DNA of 64,000 nucleotides, from assembly GCA_902521675.1 (NCBI GenBank), contig CABYSP010000003.1, positions 4,065-68,064 on the forward strand, given 5' to 3'. The position numbers and the translations under genes were made by a program. Below are positions 48,104-58,403 of the stretch, piece after piece; positions within the stretch are counted from its first letter, which is position 1, and every line of letters starts with the position of its first letter. The notes under the pieces were generated by a model that was given only the letters and a program-made list of their open reading frames with translations, searched no databases and was not told where the DNA came from. Source of the DNA: an uncultured Pelagibacteraceae bacterium. GTDB lineage: Bacteria; Pseudomonadota; Alphaproteobacteria; Pelagibacterales; Pelagibacteraceae.

Positions 48104-49110
48104 AATACTTTCCCCTTAAATATTCCCGAAGGTCGATAAATTAAAACTATTACCAATATAGAGAAGGAGACTGCGAACTTATAATCTGTAGACAGTAACT
48201 GAACTAAACTGTTTGGTTCCATACTTTCTGGTAAAACATACATAAAGAATTTTTTATATGCGTAAGTGAGCAGTATTTCAGAAAAAGCAATTACATATCC
48301 ACCTAAAAAAGCTCCAAAAGGATTTCCAATTCCTCCAACAATTGCTGCAGCAAAAATGGGAAGCATATTATTAAAATAAGTAAAAGGTTTAAAACTTTTA
48401 TCTAAACCATACAAAGCACCGCCAATAGTTGCTAAAATTCCAGCAATAACCCAGGTAACTAGAACTATTTTTTTTGGATCAATACCTGACAACAAAGCAA
48501 GATCTTCATTATCAGAATAAGCTTTCATACTTTTTCCAGTTTTGGTTCTATTTAAAAACCAAAATAATAAAGAGACTAAAACTATTGTTACAAAAATGGT
48601 TATTACTTGAGTTGATTTCAATGCAAGACCTTCATTTAAACCTGTCATCTCCTTAAATTCACGAGCTTTAATAATAAATTTTTCTCCATCAAAAAATCTT
48701 CTATCCCCAGGTCCAATTATAATTCTTACCACTGCTTGAGTAACAAACATTACACCAATACTTACCATTGCAAACTGAACTGGAGGACTTTTCTGATGTC
48801 TATAATATTTGAAGACAAATTTATCTATTAAAAGCATGTAAAGAATCATGAAAATAATTCCAAATGGGATAGCTAACAGAGCAGTAGGTAAAACACCTAA
48901 AGAGACGCCTAAAGATTGAAAATACCATGTGAATAAGATCGTAGCCATGGTTCCAAAAGACATCATGTCACCAGTTGCAAAATTAGCAAATCTTAAAATT
49001 CCATAGATAAGTGTTACAAATATTGCACCCAGTGCTAATTGAGAGCCATAAGTTAATGCAGGAATAAAAATATAATTTAATAAAAGAATTATCGCATTTA
49101 CAAAATCCAC
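48100..49110 (-). CDS. livH: Liv-type ABC permease
   Basis: LIYGILRFANFA, TKTGKSMKA, AAIVGGIG, RPSGIF. Confidence 0.9.
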   Translation of the reverse strand: MDFVNAIILLLNYIFIPALTYGSQLALGAIFVTLIYGILRFANFATGDMMSFGTMATILFTWYFQSLGVSLGVLPTALLAIPFGIIFMILYMLLIDKFVFKYYRHQKSPPVQFAMVSIGVMFVTQAVVRIIIGPGDRRFFDGEKFIIKAREFKEMTGLNEGLALKSTQVITIFVTIVLVSLLFWFLNRTKTGKSMKAYSDNEDLALLSGIDPKKIVLVTWVIAGILATIGGALYGLDKSFKPFTYFNNMLPIFAAAIVGGIGNPFGAFLGGYVIAFSEILLTYAYKKFFMYVLPESMEPNSLVQLLSTDYKFAVSFSILVIVLIYRPSGIFKGKVL

Positions 49111-49111
49111 A

Positions 49112-49819
49112 TTACCCTCCCAAAAAAGAGCTTCTTACTCTTGGATCGTCTAATAATTCTTTTCCAGTTCCTGAATAACGATTTTCTCCAGTAACCAGAA
49201 CGTAGCCCCTATCTGAAATACTTAAGGCTTGTTTTGCATTTTGTTCTACCATTAAGATGGCAACATTTGTTCTTTTTACTTTTACAATATGATCAAATAA
49301 TTCGTCCATAACAATTGGTGATACACCTGCAGTTGGTTCATCTAACATTAAAACTGTGGGTTTAATCATTAAAGCTCTACCTAGAGCCACTTGTTGTCTT
49401 TGACCTCCAGAAAGTTCACCAACCAACTGATTTCTTTTCTCTCTTAAAATTGGAAATAATTCATAAATTTCCTCAATTATATTTTTGATTTCATCCTCAA
49501 ACAGAAATGCGCCCATTTCTAAATTTTCTTCAACAGTCATCCCTGCAAAAACATTTTTAGTCTGTGGCACAAAAGAAATACCTTGCTTAACTCGATCTTG
49601 AGGAGATAATTTTGAAATATCCTTACCATCAATCTTTACTAATCCAGACTTTAAATTCAGCAAGCCCAACATTGCTTTCATGGCCGTTGATTTACCAGCA
49701 CCATTGGGGCCTAGAATAGAAACTATTTCACCTTTATTAACATTTACCGAACACGAACTAATAATGTCAGGACCATTACCATAACCACCTGTCATTTCTA
49801 TTCCTTCAAAATATGCCAT
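49112..49819 (-). CDS. livF: Liv-type ABC ATP-binding protein
   Basis: GPNGAGKST, LSGGQRQ, DEPTAG, VEQNA. Confidence 0.92.
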   Translation of the reverse strand: MAYFEGIEMTGGYGNGPDIISSCSVNVNKGEIVSILGPNGAGKSTAMKAMLGLLNLKSGLVKIDGKDISKLSPQDRVKQGISFVPQTKNVFAGMTVEENLEMGAFLFEDEIKNIIEEIYELFPILREKRNQLVGELSGGQRQQVALGRALMIKPTVLMLDEPTAGVSPIVMDELFDHIVKVKRTNVAILMVEQNAKQALSISDRGYVLVTGENRYSGTGKELLDDPRVRSSFLGG

Positions 49820-50607
49820 TAATTTGTATCCTTTAATTTCGATCCTCTTCCAAGATAGCTTTCGATAACTTTCTCATCTTTTTTTGCTTCTTCAACACTT
49901 CCTTCAAATAATACTGACCCCTCAGCCATTACAATTACTGGATCACATAATCTTCCAATAAAATCCATGTCATGTTCAATCATACAAAAAGTATAACCTT
50001 TTTCTTTATTTAACTTTTCTATTGCAGTTCCAAGATCTTTTAACAAAGTTCTGTTAACTCCAGCCCCTACTTCATCTAATAATACTAATTTTGCATCAAC
50101 CATCATGGTTCTTCCAAGTTCTAATAATTTCTTTTGTCCGCCTGAAAGATTTCCAGCAAGCTCATTTGATAAATGTCCTAAATTTAAAAATTCAACAACT
50201 TCTTTCGCTTTCTCTTTAACCACAGCCTCTTCTTGTGCAACTAAACCTGGTTTAAATAATGCTGTCATTATTTTTTCTCCAGATTGATTTCCTGGAACCA
50301 TCATTAAATTTTCTAAAACAGATAAATTTGAAAACTCATGTGCAATTTGAAATGTTCTTAACAACCCTTTAGAAAATAATTCATAAGATGGAACATCAGT
50401 GATATTTTCATCATCAAAAACAACATTACCACCAGAGGATTTTAAGTTTCCAGCGATTAAATTAAATAAAGTTGTTTTACCAGATCCATTTGGCCCAATG
50501 ATACCAGTGATAGTTCCTCTTTTAACTTTTATTGAACAATCTGAAACTGCAGCTAATCCACCAAAATATTTACTTAAATTATTAATCTCTAAAATATTTT
50601 CAGACAT
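49819..50607 (-). CDS. livG: Liv-type ABC ATP-binding protein
   Basis: FGGLAAV, GPNGSGKTT, RTFQ, IEHDM, YLG. Confidence 0.92.
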   Translation of the reverse strand: MSENILEINNLSKYFGGLAAVSDCSIKVKRGTITGIIGPNGSGKTTLFNLIAGNLKSSGGNVVFDDENITDVPSYELFSKGLLRTFQIAHEFSNLSVLENLMMVPGNQSGEKIMTALFKPGLVAQEEAVVKEKAKEVVEFLNLGHLSNELAGNLSGGQKKLLELGRTMMVDAKLVLLDEVGAGVNRTLLKDLGTAIEKLNKEKGYTFCMIEHDMDFIGRLCDPVIVMAEGSVLFEGSVEEAKKDEKVIESYLGRGSKLKDTN

Positions 50608-50612
50608 TTAAT

Positions 50613-51380
50613 TTATTTGTTAAGTCTTCTGTGAATACTATTTAATGTTCTTTCTAGAGATCTATAAAATCCAGCTTTAGTTAATTCTTTCACACCTTGT
50701 TCATTTAAACCTTTTGGCGTTTGAGACTCTTTTACTAAATTCTTTAAATTTTCTTTTGAATTTACTACAGCATCTTCAGATAAAGCTAAAAATAAAGAAG
50801 TAATATATTTTTGAGCATTATTTCTTTTTACCCCTCTTTTTACCAACCAATCAGTCATCACTCTTAATACTTCATAAAAAGGTGCCATCATTCCTGAAGT
50901 TGACCAAAAATTAATAGAAGATTTTTCATTGTTAATTTCTACAGTTGTTCCCAAATTATTGAAAAATGCTTTCACTTTTGGATTAGGCGGACAAATAGGC
51001 ACCGGACCTTTCTTTAACGAAATTGGGGGAAGAGGTATTGCTCTTACAATTTTTGCTCTTACTTTAATTGATTTCTTTAATTGAGATAAAGTAATTGTCG
51101 AAATAAAACTAACAACAGTTTGAGTCGATTTAAATTTTAAATCTTTAATAATTTTTTCACCAACAGTAGGTGTAACAGATAAAAATACCCAATTAGACTG
51201 GTCTACAATTTGCTGATTGTCCTTAGCAATAACTATTTTTTTATACTTTCTTTTTAGCCCATGAGCTATTTTTTTATTTCTTGGTGAAATAATTATTTTC
51301 TTATAAGAAATTTTTGATTTACTTATTCCAGCAATAACTGAAGCAGCAATTCTTCCCGTACCAATAAAACCTAAATTCAT
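50613..51380 (-). CDS. proC: pyrroline-5-carboxylate reductase family protein
   Basis: GFIGTGRI Rossmann motif, TPKGLNEQG; divergent from canonical ProC. Confidence 0.7.
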   Translation of the reverse strand: MNLGFIGTGRIAASVIAGISKSKISYKKIIISPRNKKIAHGLKRKYKKIVIAKDNQQIVDQSNWVFLSVTPTVGEKIIKDLKFKSTQTVVSFISTITLSQLKKSIKVRAKIVRAIPLPPISLKKGPVPICPPNPKVKAFFNNLGTTVEINNEKSSINFWSTSGMMAPFYEVLRVMTDWLVKRGVKRNNAQKYITSLFLALSEDAVVNSKENLKNLVKESQTPKGLNEQGVKELTKAGFYRSLERTLNSIHRRLNK

Positions 51381-51412
51381 AATTTTGGATACTTTATATT
51401 GATTATATTGAA

Positions 51413-52324
51413 TTAATTAACAAAAAAAGAACCTCTAATTCTTAGTAATTCTCTGCTTAATTCCTTATTTTCTTTGAAAGGTTTTCTTCCATGAAGCCAG
51501 AAATAATTATTTGCAATCACAGAGAATCCAACGGGTAATTTTGTAATTATTTTATTTTTACTTTCCTCTAATCCATCAGATAATCTTTGTAAAAAATTTC
51601 CTTGGTCCATATTTTGTGGTTCTGGAAATTGATCTATATAAGATATTGTTGGTCTTCCTTCGTTATCAGACGAAAAGACTGGGTGCTCTACCTTGTAATC
51701 AATATTTTTACTTTTTGGTGACCCCCAAACAAAATTTTGCCTCCCTACTGGATCATTATATAAGTCATTACAATGTTCCCAGTCATCAAGATGTAACATG
51801 GCTGTTTCTCCACCTTCAACATTTTGCTCATCAATTTTTGTCATAATTAACCAATCGGTTACATCTTTAACATATGTCCCATCTGTATGAAGATCCATAT
51901 TCCTATAAGCCTTTCTTAAATAAGAGTCACTACTGTCCTCATGTTTAACATGAAAACGAGCATAGTATTTTCCTGCCATCGCGTCATGATTTGGTACACC
52001 AATTAAATGAGCTATTGCAGTTGATAACTTAACTAAAAATTTATCATTAATTTTTGCAGTTATATTTTTTGGTCCAATAATAAAGCAACCTGTAGATCTA
52101 TCTCTAATAATTGAGTTCATTAATTTGCTTAATTTATTATCTGTTAAATCATCTAAACTTTTTGCTAAAGTAAATCTTGTAAATGGTTTTAACTCCAATG
52201 CCGTTAAATCAAATTTATTAAATGGGAAAATTAATTTATCTATAATATCATTTTCAAAACTAATTTTTAAAATCCTTTTCGATTGATCATGCTCTTGGAT
52301 ATCTATGCCTGTAATTTTTTGCAT
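51413..52324 (-). CDS. csiD: glutarate dioxygenase CsiD/GlaH
   Basis: PFTRF, YYARF, DSSDSYLRKAY, LHTDGTYV, LHLDDWE, WLHGR, RELLRIRG. Confidence 0.9.
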   Translation of the reverse strand: MQKITGIDIQEHDQSKRILKISFENDIIDKLIFPFNKFDLTALELKPFTRFTLAKSLDDLTDNKLSKLMNSIIRDRSTGCFIIGPKNITAKINDKFLVKLSTAIAHLIGVPNHDAMAGKYYARFHVKHEDSSDSYLRKAYRNMDLHTDGTYVKDVTDWLIMTKIDEQNVEGGETAMLHLDDWEHCNDLYNDPVGRQNFVWGSPKSKNIDYKVEHPVFSSDNEGRPTISYIDQFPEPQNMDQGNFLQRLSDGLEESKNKIITKLPVGFSVIANNYFWLHGRKPFKENKELSRELLRIRGSFFVN

Positions 52325-52363
52325 TCTAAATTTTATTTTACCTTATTTTATAAATCAATCTAA

Positions 52364-52687
52364 TCAGATATAATTATTAAGTATTGCCATACAAATAGCT
52401 GAGAAAATTGTAGGATAAACAAAGTTTTTCTTTGAAATAAAAAAAACAACTAAAGATAACAGCACAACAAGAAATCTACTTGAATAACTAGCATCTACCA
52501 AAATACCAGCAGGAAAAATTATAGTTCTAGCTATTAGTGCTGCTAATGTTGCATAAGCTAAACAATTAAACCACTTAAAAAGTTTAGAGGTTTCTTTTAT
52601 ACCTTCAGATGTAAGAGCTCCCAAAAATCTAGACAAAAATGTTGCTAGGGACGTAACAAGGATTGCGTAAACGATGTTAGCTGACAC
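52364..52687 (-). CDS. azlD: AzlD family membrane protein
   Basis: Small hydrophobic ORF overlapping azlC. Confidence 0.75.
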   Translation of the reverse strand: MSANIVYAILVTSLATFLSRFLGALTSEGIKETSKLFKWFNCLAYATLAALIARTIIFPAGILVDASYSSRFLVVLLSLVVFFISKKNFVYPTIFSAICMAILNNYI

Positions 52688-53381
52688 TGTGCTCTCCTAC
52701 TAGATAAGCTATAGTTCCACCAATTACGCCTGCTAACAAAATTGACCACTCTGGTGAAAATAAATAAATAATTGGTCCCAATATAGTTCCAAGCAAAACT
52801 GATAGAGTTACCGGTATTGTCTTAGATGCCCCAACCATCATGCATAAAAAATAAACTGGATTAAGAATTGCTAATCCCATCATCATATCTTTATTCAAAT
52901 ACTCTGAAAAATAAAAACCTAAAAATGTTCCAATAACAGATACACTTACTGTTGCACTTCCAATTCCAATCCAATAATCAATTCTGTATTCTTTTGGAAT
53001 TTTTTTGTAATTACTTTTCATGATTAACCACGCCGAAACAGCAATGAAATGACAAGAAAAGTAATACTTCCACTTAGGTTGACTTTTGTGCATCATTAAT
53101 GGAAATAAAGATACAGCCATTGGATAAAGTCTTGCGTTAACAAACCAAACCGCCAAAAAAATATTTAACAAAGATGCTCCAATCAACATTGACTCTGCCA
53201 TTACCAATGAACCTGGTAAAGCATAAGTTAAAACAGTTGAAAAAATACTTTCCTGAATATTAAAACCTAAATTTTTAAAGAGAGCACCAATTGCTATAAA
53301 GCAACAAGTAAGAGCTATAGCTGGACTATCATGGGTAAATATAGATCTATATCCTTTAAAGAAAAAATTTTTATTAATCAT
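52677..53381 (-). CDS. azlC: AzlC family transporter
   Basis: YALPGSL, FVNARLYPMAVSL. Confidence 0.85.
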   Translation of the reverse strand: MINKNFFFKGYRSIFTHDSPAIALTCCFIAIGALFKNLGFNIQESIFSTVLTYALPGSLVMAESMLIGASLLNIFLAVWFVNARLYPMAVSLFPLMMHKSQPKWKYYFSCHFIAVSAWLIMKSNYKKIPKEYRIDYWIGIGSATVSVSVIGTFLGFYFSEYLNKDMMMGLAILNPVYFLCMMVGASKTIPVTLSVLLGTILGPIIYLFSPEWSILLAGVIGGTIAYLVGEHSVS

Positions 53382-54166
53382 TATCCACCTAGGAACAGTC
53401 TACCAACATCAGGATTTTGAAGTAAATCGTCTCCTTTACCTGCTATTGCAGTTTGCCCAGATACCAAAACGTATCCTATATCTGCAAACTCCAATCCTTT
53501 TTTGGCATTTTGCTCAACTAGAATGATTGTTTTTTTTTCATTTTGCTGAAGATCTCTTAATATTTCAAAAACCATCTCAATATATCTAGGTTCAAGTCCA
53601 ATTGATGGTTCGTCTACTAAAAGAACTGAAGGTTTCATAACTAAGGCTCTAGATATTTCTAGCAATCTTCTCTCACCTCCAGATAAAACTTTTGCAGGTT
53701 GGTTTCTTCTATTTCTTAACCTTTCATACTTTTCAAAAATTCTTTCAGCCTCTTCATACGACTCATCTGTTTTTTCTTTTATGTATCCTCCCATTAATAA
53801 GTTTTCTTCTACTGTCATATCTGGAAATACAGAATTATCCTGCAATATATAAGCTATACCAACTGACTTTAGCTTTTCTGCTGGGGTAAGATTAGTAATT
53901 TCTTTTCCTTCAAGTTCAATTTGACCAGAAAAAATATTAGTAAAACCATATATTGAGTGAAGAATTGTAGATTTGCCTGCACCATTTGGACCAATCAAAC
54001 ACAAAGACTGGGCTTTATTCACAAATAAATCAAAATTATGTAAAATTTCCATTTTTCCATATCCTGCATTTAAATTTTTAATAGTTAAATGAACTTCGTT
54101 TGGAGATAATTTTTTTAGATCTTCTGGTGTTGGAGCTTTTCCTAATACCTCATATTGATTAGCCAT
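53381..54166 (-). CDS. livF: Liv-type ABC ATP-binding protein (second system)
   Basis: GPNGAGKST, LSGGERR, DEPSIGL, VEQNA. Confidence 0.9.
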   Translation of the reverse strand: MANQYEVLGKAPTPEDLKKLSPNEVHLTIKNLNAGYGKMEILHNFDLFVNKAQSLCLIGPNGAGKSTILHSIYGFTNIFSGQIELEGKEITNLTPAEKLKSVGIAYILQDNSVFPDMTVEENLLMGGYIKEKTDESYEEAERIFEKYERLRNRRNQPAKVLSGGERRLLEISRALVMKPSVLLVDEPSIGLEPRYIEMVFEILRDLQQNEKKTIILVEQNAKKGLEFADIGYVLVSGQTAIAGKGDDLLQNPDVGRLFLGG

Positions 54167-54906
54167 TATTGAGCTCCTAAGTACGCATCAATGACACGTT
54201 TATCATTTTTAATTTCATCTGGTGATCCATTGGCCAACATTTTACCATGAGCTAAACAGAAAATATTTTCTGCTAATTGCATAATCACTCTCATGTTATG
54301 CTCAATCACTAAAAGTGTTATTCCAAAATCTTGATTTACTTTAATTAATCTATCAATAATACCATTTATTAGTGTAGGATTAATTCCGGCTGTAGGCTCA
54401 TCTAGCAGCAGCATTTCTGGTTCATTCATCAATGCCATTGCCAGTTCTAACAATTTTTGCTGACCAAAAGATAGATCTCCAGCTCTTAGTTTTCTTTTTT
54501 GATATAATCCTACAAAATTTAATAGATTTTCTGCTTTTTCAGTTAATTCTATTGGAATTTTAGAAAATATTTTCATTAAATTTGCATCACTGCCTTTGTG
54601 ACTAATAAGCATATTTTCTATGCAGTTAAGTTTTCCATAAATTCTAGTTTGTTGAAAAGTTCTTAGAAGTCCTAATTTAGCAATAACTGGGACCGGTAAC
54701 TCTGAAACTTCTTTACCATTAAATTTAATAGATCCATTATCTATTGGATAAGTCCCTACAATTGAATTAAACAATGTGGTTTTACCTGAACCATTTGGCC
54801 CAATTAATCCAACTATCTTACCTTTTTCAACATTCATTGAGATGTCAACATTAGCTTTAACACCACCAAATGATTTACTTACATTGCTTACTTCTAAAAT
54901 GCTCAT
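54166..54906 (-). CDS. livG: Liv-type ABC ATP-binding protein (second system)
   Basis: GPNGSGKTT, LSFGQQK, IEHNM, AYLG. Confidence 0.9.
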   Translation of the reverse strand: MSILEVSNVSKSFGGVKANVDISMNVEKGKIVGLIGPNGSGKTTLFNSIVGTYPIDNGSIKFNGKEVSELPVPVIAKLGLLRTFQQTRIYGKLNCIENMLISHKGSDANLMKIFSKIPIELTEKAENLLNFVGLYQKRKLRAGDLSFGQQKLLELAMALMNEPEMLLLDEPTAGINPTLINGIIDRLIKVNQDFGITLLVIEHNMRVIMQLAENIFCLAHGKMLANGSPDEIKNDKRVIDAYLGAQ

Positions 54907-55955
54907 TTAAGTTCTACCTGTGCTTTACGATCTTTCTCATCTACTACTTCACCAAATCGTTCAGGGTATTTTTCTCGTAACCATCCCATAATTCCCTCTG
55001 GGAAATAAATTACAATTACAACAATCAAAACTCCAAGAGCAACATACTGCCAACCTAAAAAGAATGTCCAAAAACCCTCTTTGAATATATGAAATATAGT
55101 TGCCCCTATGATTGGACCCCAAAGTGTTCCTTTTCCACCAAGTATTGCCATCAATACCATGAATACACCCATCTCTCTTCCATCAAAAGCAACATCCGTA
55201 GAGTCTATGTAGCCAACCAATCCACCCATTATTCCTCCAGCTAATCCACAAAAGAAAGCTGAGATCATCCAGCCAATAATTTTATATTTCATTGTTTCAA
55301 TACCCATTGCTTCAGCTTTATCTTCATTGTCTCTGATAGCATTAAGAATTAATTTAAATCTTGTAGAATAAATTGAACGCACTGCAATAAATGTCAAAAT
55401 TAAAGTAAAGAAACTTAAGAAATAAAAAAATTCTCCTCTAGCTTCTAAACTACCAACGTCTGGAAATGGTGGTGTAGTAAAACCTTGACCTGCTCCAATA
55501 ATTTCTATACCTCCAGAAATTTCACCTGCAGCCACACCTAAACCCAAAGTACAGATCGCAAAATAATGCCCTCTTAGACCTAAAATTGAGTATCCAATTA
55601 AACCAGCAATAATAGTTGGAACTATAGCTGCAACAATTAAACCAACGGCCATTCCTTGAAAAAACTGGGTAGGTGTATGAACAAATGTTTTTTCACCTCC
55701 ACTTTCAGTCCATTCTGCTAACGGAAAGAACATCCCAACTTGGACCGATGCACAAAGATACATCCCAAGACCATAGAATAAAATATTTCCAAATGAATTA
55801 TAACCCATCTCACCACCTTGAATATTCCAAGTAGTCGCGAGAATTATCAACACACATAGTATTGACAACTGAACTTTAAAAGCTGGAAAAAGGAATGGGG
55901 CTGCTAAACCAAAAATCAAAATACCAGAGTATAAAATTAAATTATTCTTGTTCAT
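54903..55955 (-). CDS. livM: Liv-type ABC permease (second system)
   Basis: LRGHYFAICTL, AIRDNEDKA, ILGGKGT. Confidence 0.9.
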   Translation of the reverse strand: MNKNNLILYSGILIFGLAAPFLFPAFKVQLSILCVLIILATTWNIQGGEMGYNSFGNILFYGLGMYLCASVQVGMFFPLAEWTESGGEKTFVHTPTQFFQGMAVGLIVAAIVPTIIAGLIGYSILGLRGHYFAICTLGLGVAAGEISGGIEIIGAGQGFTTPPFPDVGSLEARGEFFYFLSFFTLILTFIAVRSIYSTRFKLILNAIRDNEDKAEAMGIETMKYKIIGWMISAFFCGLAGGIMGGLVGYIDSTDVAFDGREMGVFMVLMAILGGKGTLWGPIIGATIFHIFKEGFWTFFLGWQYVALGVLIVVIVIYFPEGIMGWLREKYPERFGEVVDEKDRKAQVELK

Positions 55956-56124
55956 ATAAGCTGTTTATTTTATATCTAAATTTTTGGTCAACTGTGAAGT
56001 AATGTCCGTTTTCTTCATGTACGCTAGATCCATTTAAATGATATTCATCTATATGTTTTTTAAATTTTTCGATGTCAACTTCAATTAATTTTCCAGTATC
56101 GTCTGTAATTTCAACTTTTTTCAC
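55942..56124 (-). CDS. 60-aa His-containing hypothetical protein inside the liv operon
   Basis: Overlaps both livH (GTGA) and livM; HIDEYH...VHEENGHYF. Confidence 0.65.
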   Translation of the reverse strand: MKKVEITDDTGKLIEVDIEKFKKHIDEYHLNGSSVHEENGHYFTVDQKFRYKINSLYEQE

Positions 56125-57014
56125 TTTAGGTACTCTCTTTTTCTCGAAAGTTTAAATCTTCTGTAAACTAAAATTAATACTAATAGTAAAAATACAGAGC
56201 CAATTCTAAATTCTGTTCCTAGAATATAGTCTGCAAATTCTTCAAATACACCGAGGCCCATACCAGACATTGCAACTCCTGGTAAGTTTCCTAAGCCCGC
56301 AACAATAACGATCATAAATGATCGAATTGTATATGGTAATCCCATGTAAGGGTGAATTGTAAATGTTATCGAAATTAAAGCTCCAGCAACACCACAAAGA
56401 GCAGCATTAATTCCAAATGTTGCTGCATAAACTTTTTCTGTATCTACACCTAAAATTTTAGCAGCTCTAGCATTTTGTGCAGTAGCTCTAATTGCACGTC
56501 CAAGCTTAGATTTTTTCATGTAAATTACTAGGCATATTGCGAATAAAATACTTATAAAAGCTGAAAACAATTTTGAGTTTGGTAACACGACATTATTGTT
56601 AAACAACATCGTTGTTCCATAATCTGAGTTTGCAAGCACAACGTCTGCACCAAATGCAAAATTCATTAATTGCATGAATAGAATGCTTATTCCAAAAGTT
56701 GCTAATATGGAGATAAACAAGTCTCTATCTACTACTTTATTAATAACTAATTTATAAATTAGAACACCAAGGAAATACATTATTACTGGTGCAACAATCA
56801 CTCCCCATGCTGGGTGAATTCCATAAAGATACATAAAGTAAGCAATATATCCTCCCAGAATAACGAGATCTCCTTGTGCAATATTAATTATATTCATCAC
56901 TCCCCATTGAAGAGCCATCCCGTAAGCGATCAATGCAAATAAAATTCCAAGAAGGATTCCATCCAAGCAAGCTTGGACTGTTATCATCGGATATTGGAAA
57001 ACCATGAAATCCAT
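56121..57014 (-). CDS. livH: Liv-type ABC permease (second system)
   Basis: GVMNIINIAQG, GRAIRATAQN, AGLGN. Confidence 0.9.
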   Translation of the reverse strand: MDFMVFQYPMITVQACLDGILLGILFALIAYGMALQWGVMNIINIAQGDLVILGGYIAYFMYLYGIHPAWGVIVAPVIMYFLGVLIYKLVINKVVDRDLFISILATFGISILFMQLMNFAFGADVVLANSDYGTTMLFNNNVVLPNSKLFSAFISILFAICLVIYMKKSKLGRAIRATAQNARAAKILGVDTEKVYAATFGINAALCGVAGALISITFTIHPYMGLPYTIRSFMIVIVAGLGNLPGVAMSGMGLGVFEEFADYILGTEFRIGSVFLLLVLILVYRRFKLSRKREYLK

Positions 57015-57034
57015 AAAAAGTATTTGGGTTATAT

Positions 57035-57065
57035 AAAAAAAAGCCCCCTAATACTAGGGGGCTTT
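57035..57065 (-). terminator. terminator/stabilising hairpin after the SBP gene
   Basis: Minus strand aaagcccccta-gtat-tagggggc followed by T8. Confidence 0.88.
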
Positions 57066-57078
57066 AATATTTTTTATT

Positions 57079-58317
57079 TTATCTTTCTGACCACTTAGGA
57101 ACAGGATGTATTAACTTAGCTGATGCCCATTTAGTTGGCGCAACAACTTTGTTCTCACATTTTCCTGAGTCATCACACATTACTTGGAAAAGCACCATAG
57201 GTTTGTCAACATTTTGACCACCAGGTGCAAATTTAATATTTCCATAGAATGTTTGCATGTTAGTAGCTGCAAGAGCGTCTCTTACTTTCTTTTGATCAAA
57301 TGAATCTGCTCTCTCAAAAGCATCTTTAAATACTAACAACGCAGCAGAAGATTCTGCAGATTGATAAGGTGGATCATATCCAAACTCTTTCTCAAAGTCA
57401 GCCGCATAAGTCATTCCATCTTTAAAGAAATTATCTTTATATGTTAATGTTTTGTGCCATTGAGAAGCGCATAATGCGTACTGTGAATTTTTGCCATGCT
57501 GTTTTGATAGCTTAGCAGCATCACAGTGAGTCATAGCTAACATTGGAACATCTACCTTCATTTCAGCAATTTGTCTAATTGCAGTAAGTGCACCTTTTGT
57601 ATGACCTGATACAACAAGAACATCTGGCTTCATTTGTTTAACTTTAACTAATGTTGCAGCCATATCATTTAACTCTTTTGGTAATTTATCATCAATTACT
57701 TTTTTCGAGCCAGTTCTTTCAATTGCATCTAAAACTCCCAATCTAACATCTTGAGAAAACGCATCTTGTTCAAACGCCATTGCTACTGTCACTGGTTTTC
57801 CATTATTCTTTTCAACTGCTAAATCAATAGCAACATCAAGATATAAATTAGCTGGGGCTAATACAGCAAATAGATATTTGTAACCTTTTGTAAACAAAGA
57901 TCTAGATGCACCATTTGCTTCAACCATTGGAACACCATATTTTTCAGTCACTGGAGCAATCGCTTTAGTTAAACCAGAACTGTAAGGGCCAAGCATAAAC
58001 TCAACACCATCTTGTGATATTAATCTTTCTGCAAGTTGTGCAGCTCTCTTAGGGTTTGATTCGTCATCGTAATAAATAATGTCAAACTTATAAGTCTTTC
58101 CACCAACTTTAACACCACCCATGCTGTTAATTCTATCAACGGCCATGTTATAACCATTTTGAGTATGAACACCATTAGATGAGTATTTACCAGTTAAGGA
58201 AATCGCAGCACCTAAAATAATTTTGTCACCAACTACTTTTGCAAAAGATGCAACGGAAGTTGAAAATAAAATTATTAATGCAGAAACAAAACTTAAAATT
58301 ATTTTATTTAATCTCAT
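57079..58317 (-). CDS. Liv-type ABC substrate-binding protein (second system, csiD-linked)
   Basis: Signal peptide; SLTGKY, YYDDES, LGPYSSGLT, TFYGNIKF. Confidence 0.9.
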   Translation of the reverse strand: MRLNKIILSFVSALIILFSTSVASFAKVVGDKIILGAAISLTGKYSSNGVHTQNGYNMAVDRINSMGGVKVGGKTYKFDIIYYDDESNPKRAAQLAERLISQDGVEFMLGPYSSGLTKAIAPVTEKYGVPMVEANGASRSLFTKGYKYLFAVLAPANLYLDVAIDLAVEKNNGKPVTVAMAFEQDAFSQDVRLGVLDAIERTGSKKVIDDKLPKELNDMAATLVKVKQMKPDVLVVSGHTKGALTAIRQIAEMKVDVPMLAMTHCDAAKLSKQHGKNSQYALCASQWHKTLTYKDNFFKDGMTYAADFEKEFGYDPPYQSAESSAALLVFKDAFERADSFDQKKVRDALAATNMQTFYGNIKFAPGGQNVDKPMVLFQVMCDDSGKCENKVVAPTKWASAKLIHPVPKWSER

Positions 58318-58403
58318 TTTATTTCCTCTTTAATTAATTAATTATGTAATGATTAAATAAAGAAATTTTATTTTATGCAAGTGGCAATAAAGGCCAAATC
58401 TAA

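Noticed and set aside
58331-58344. taattaattaatta short tandem/palindromic repeat
   Set aside because: Low-complexity AT sequence, likely by chance
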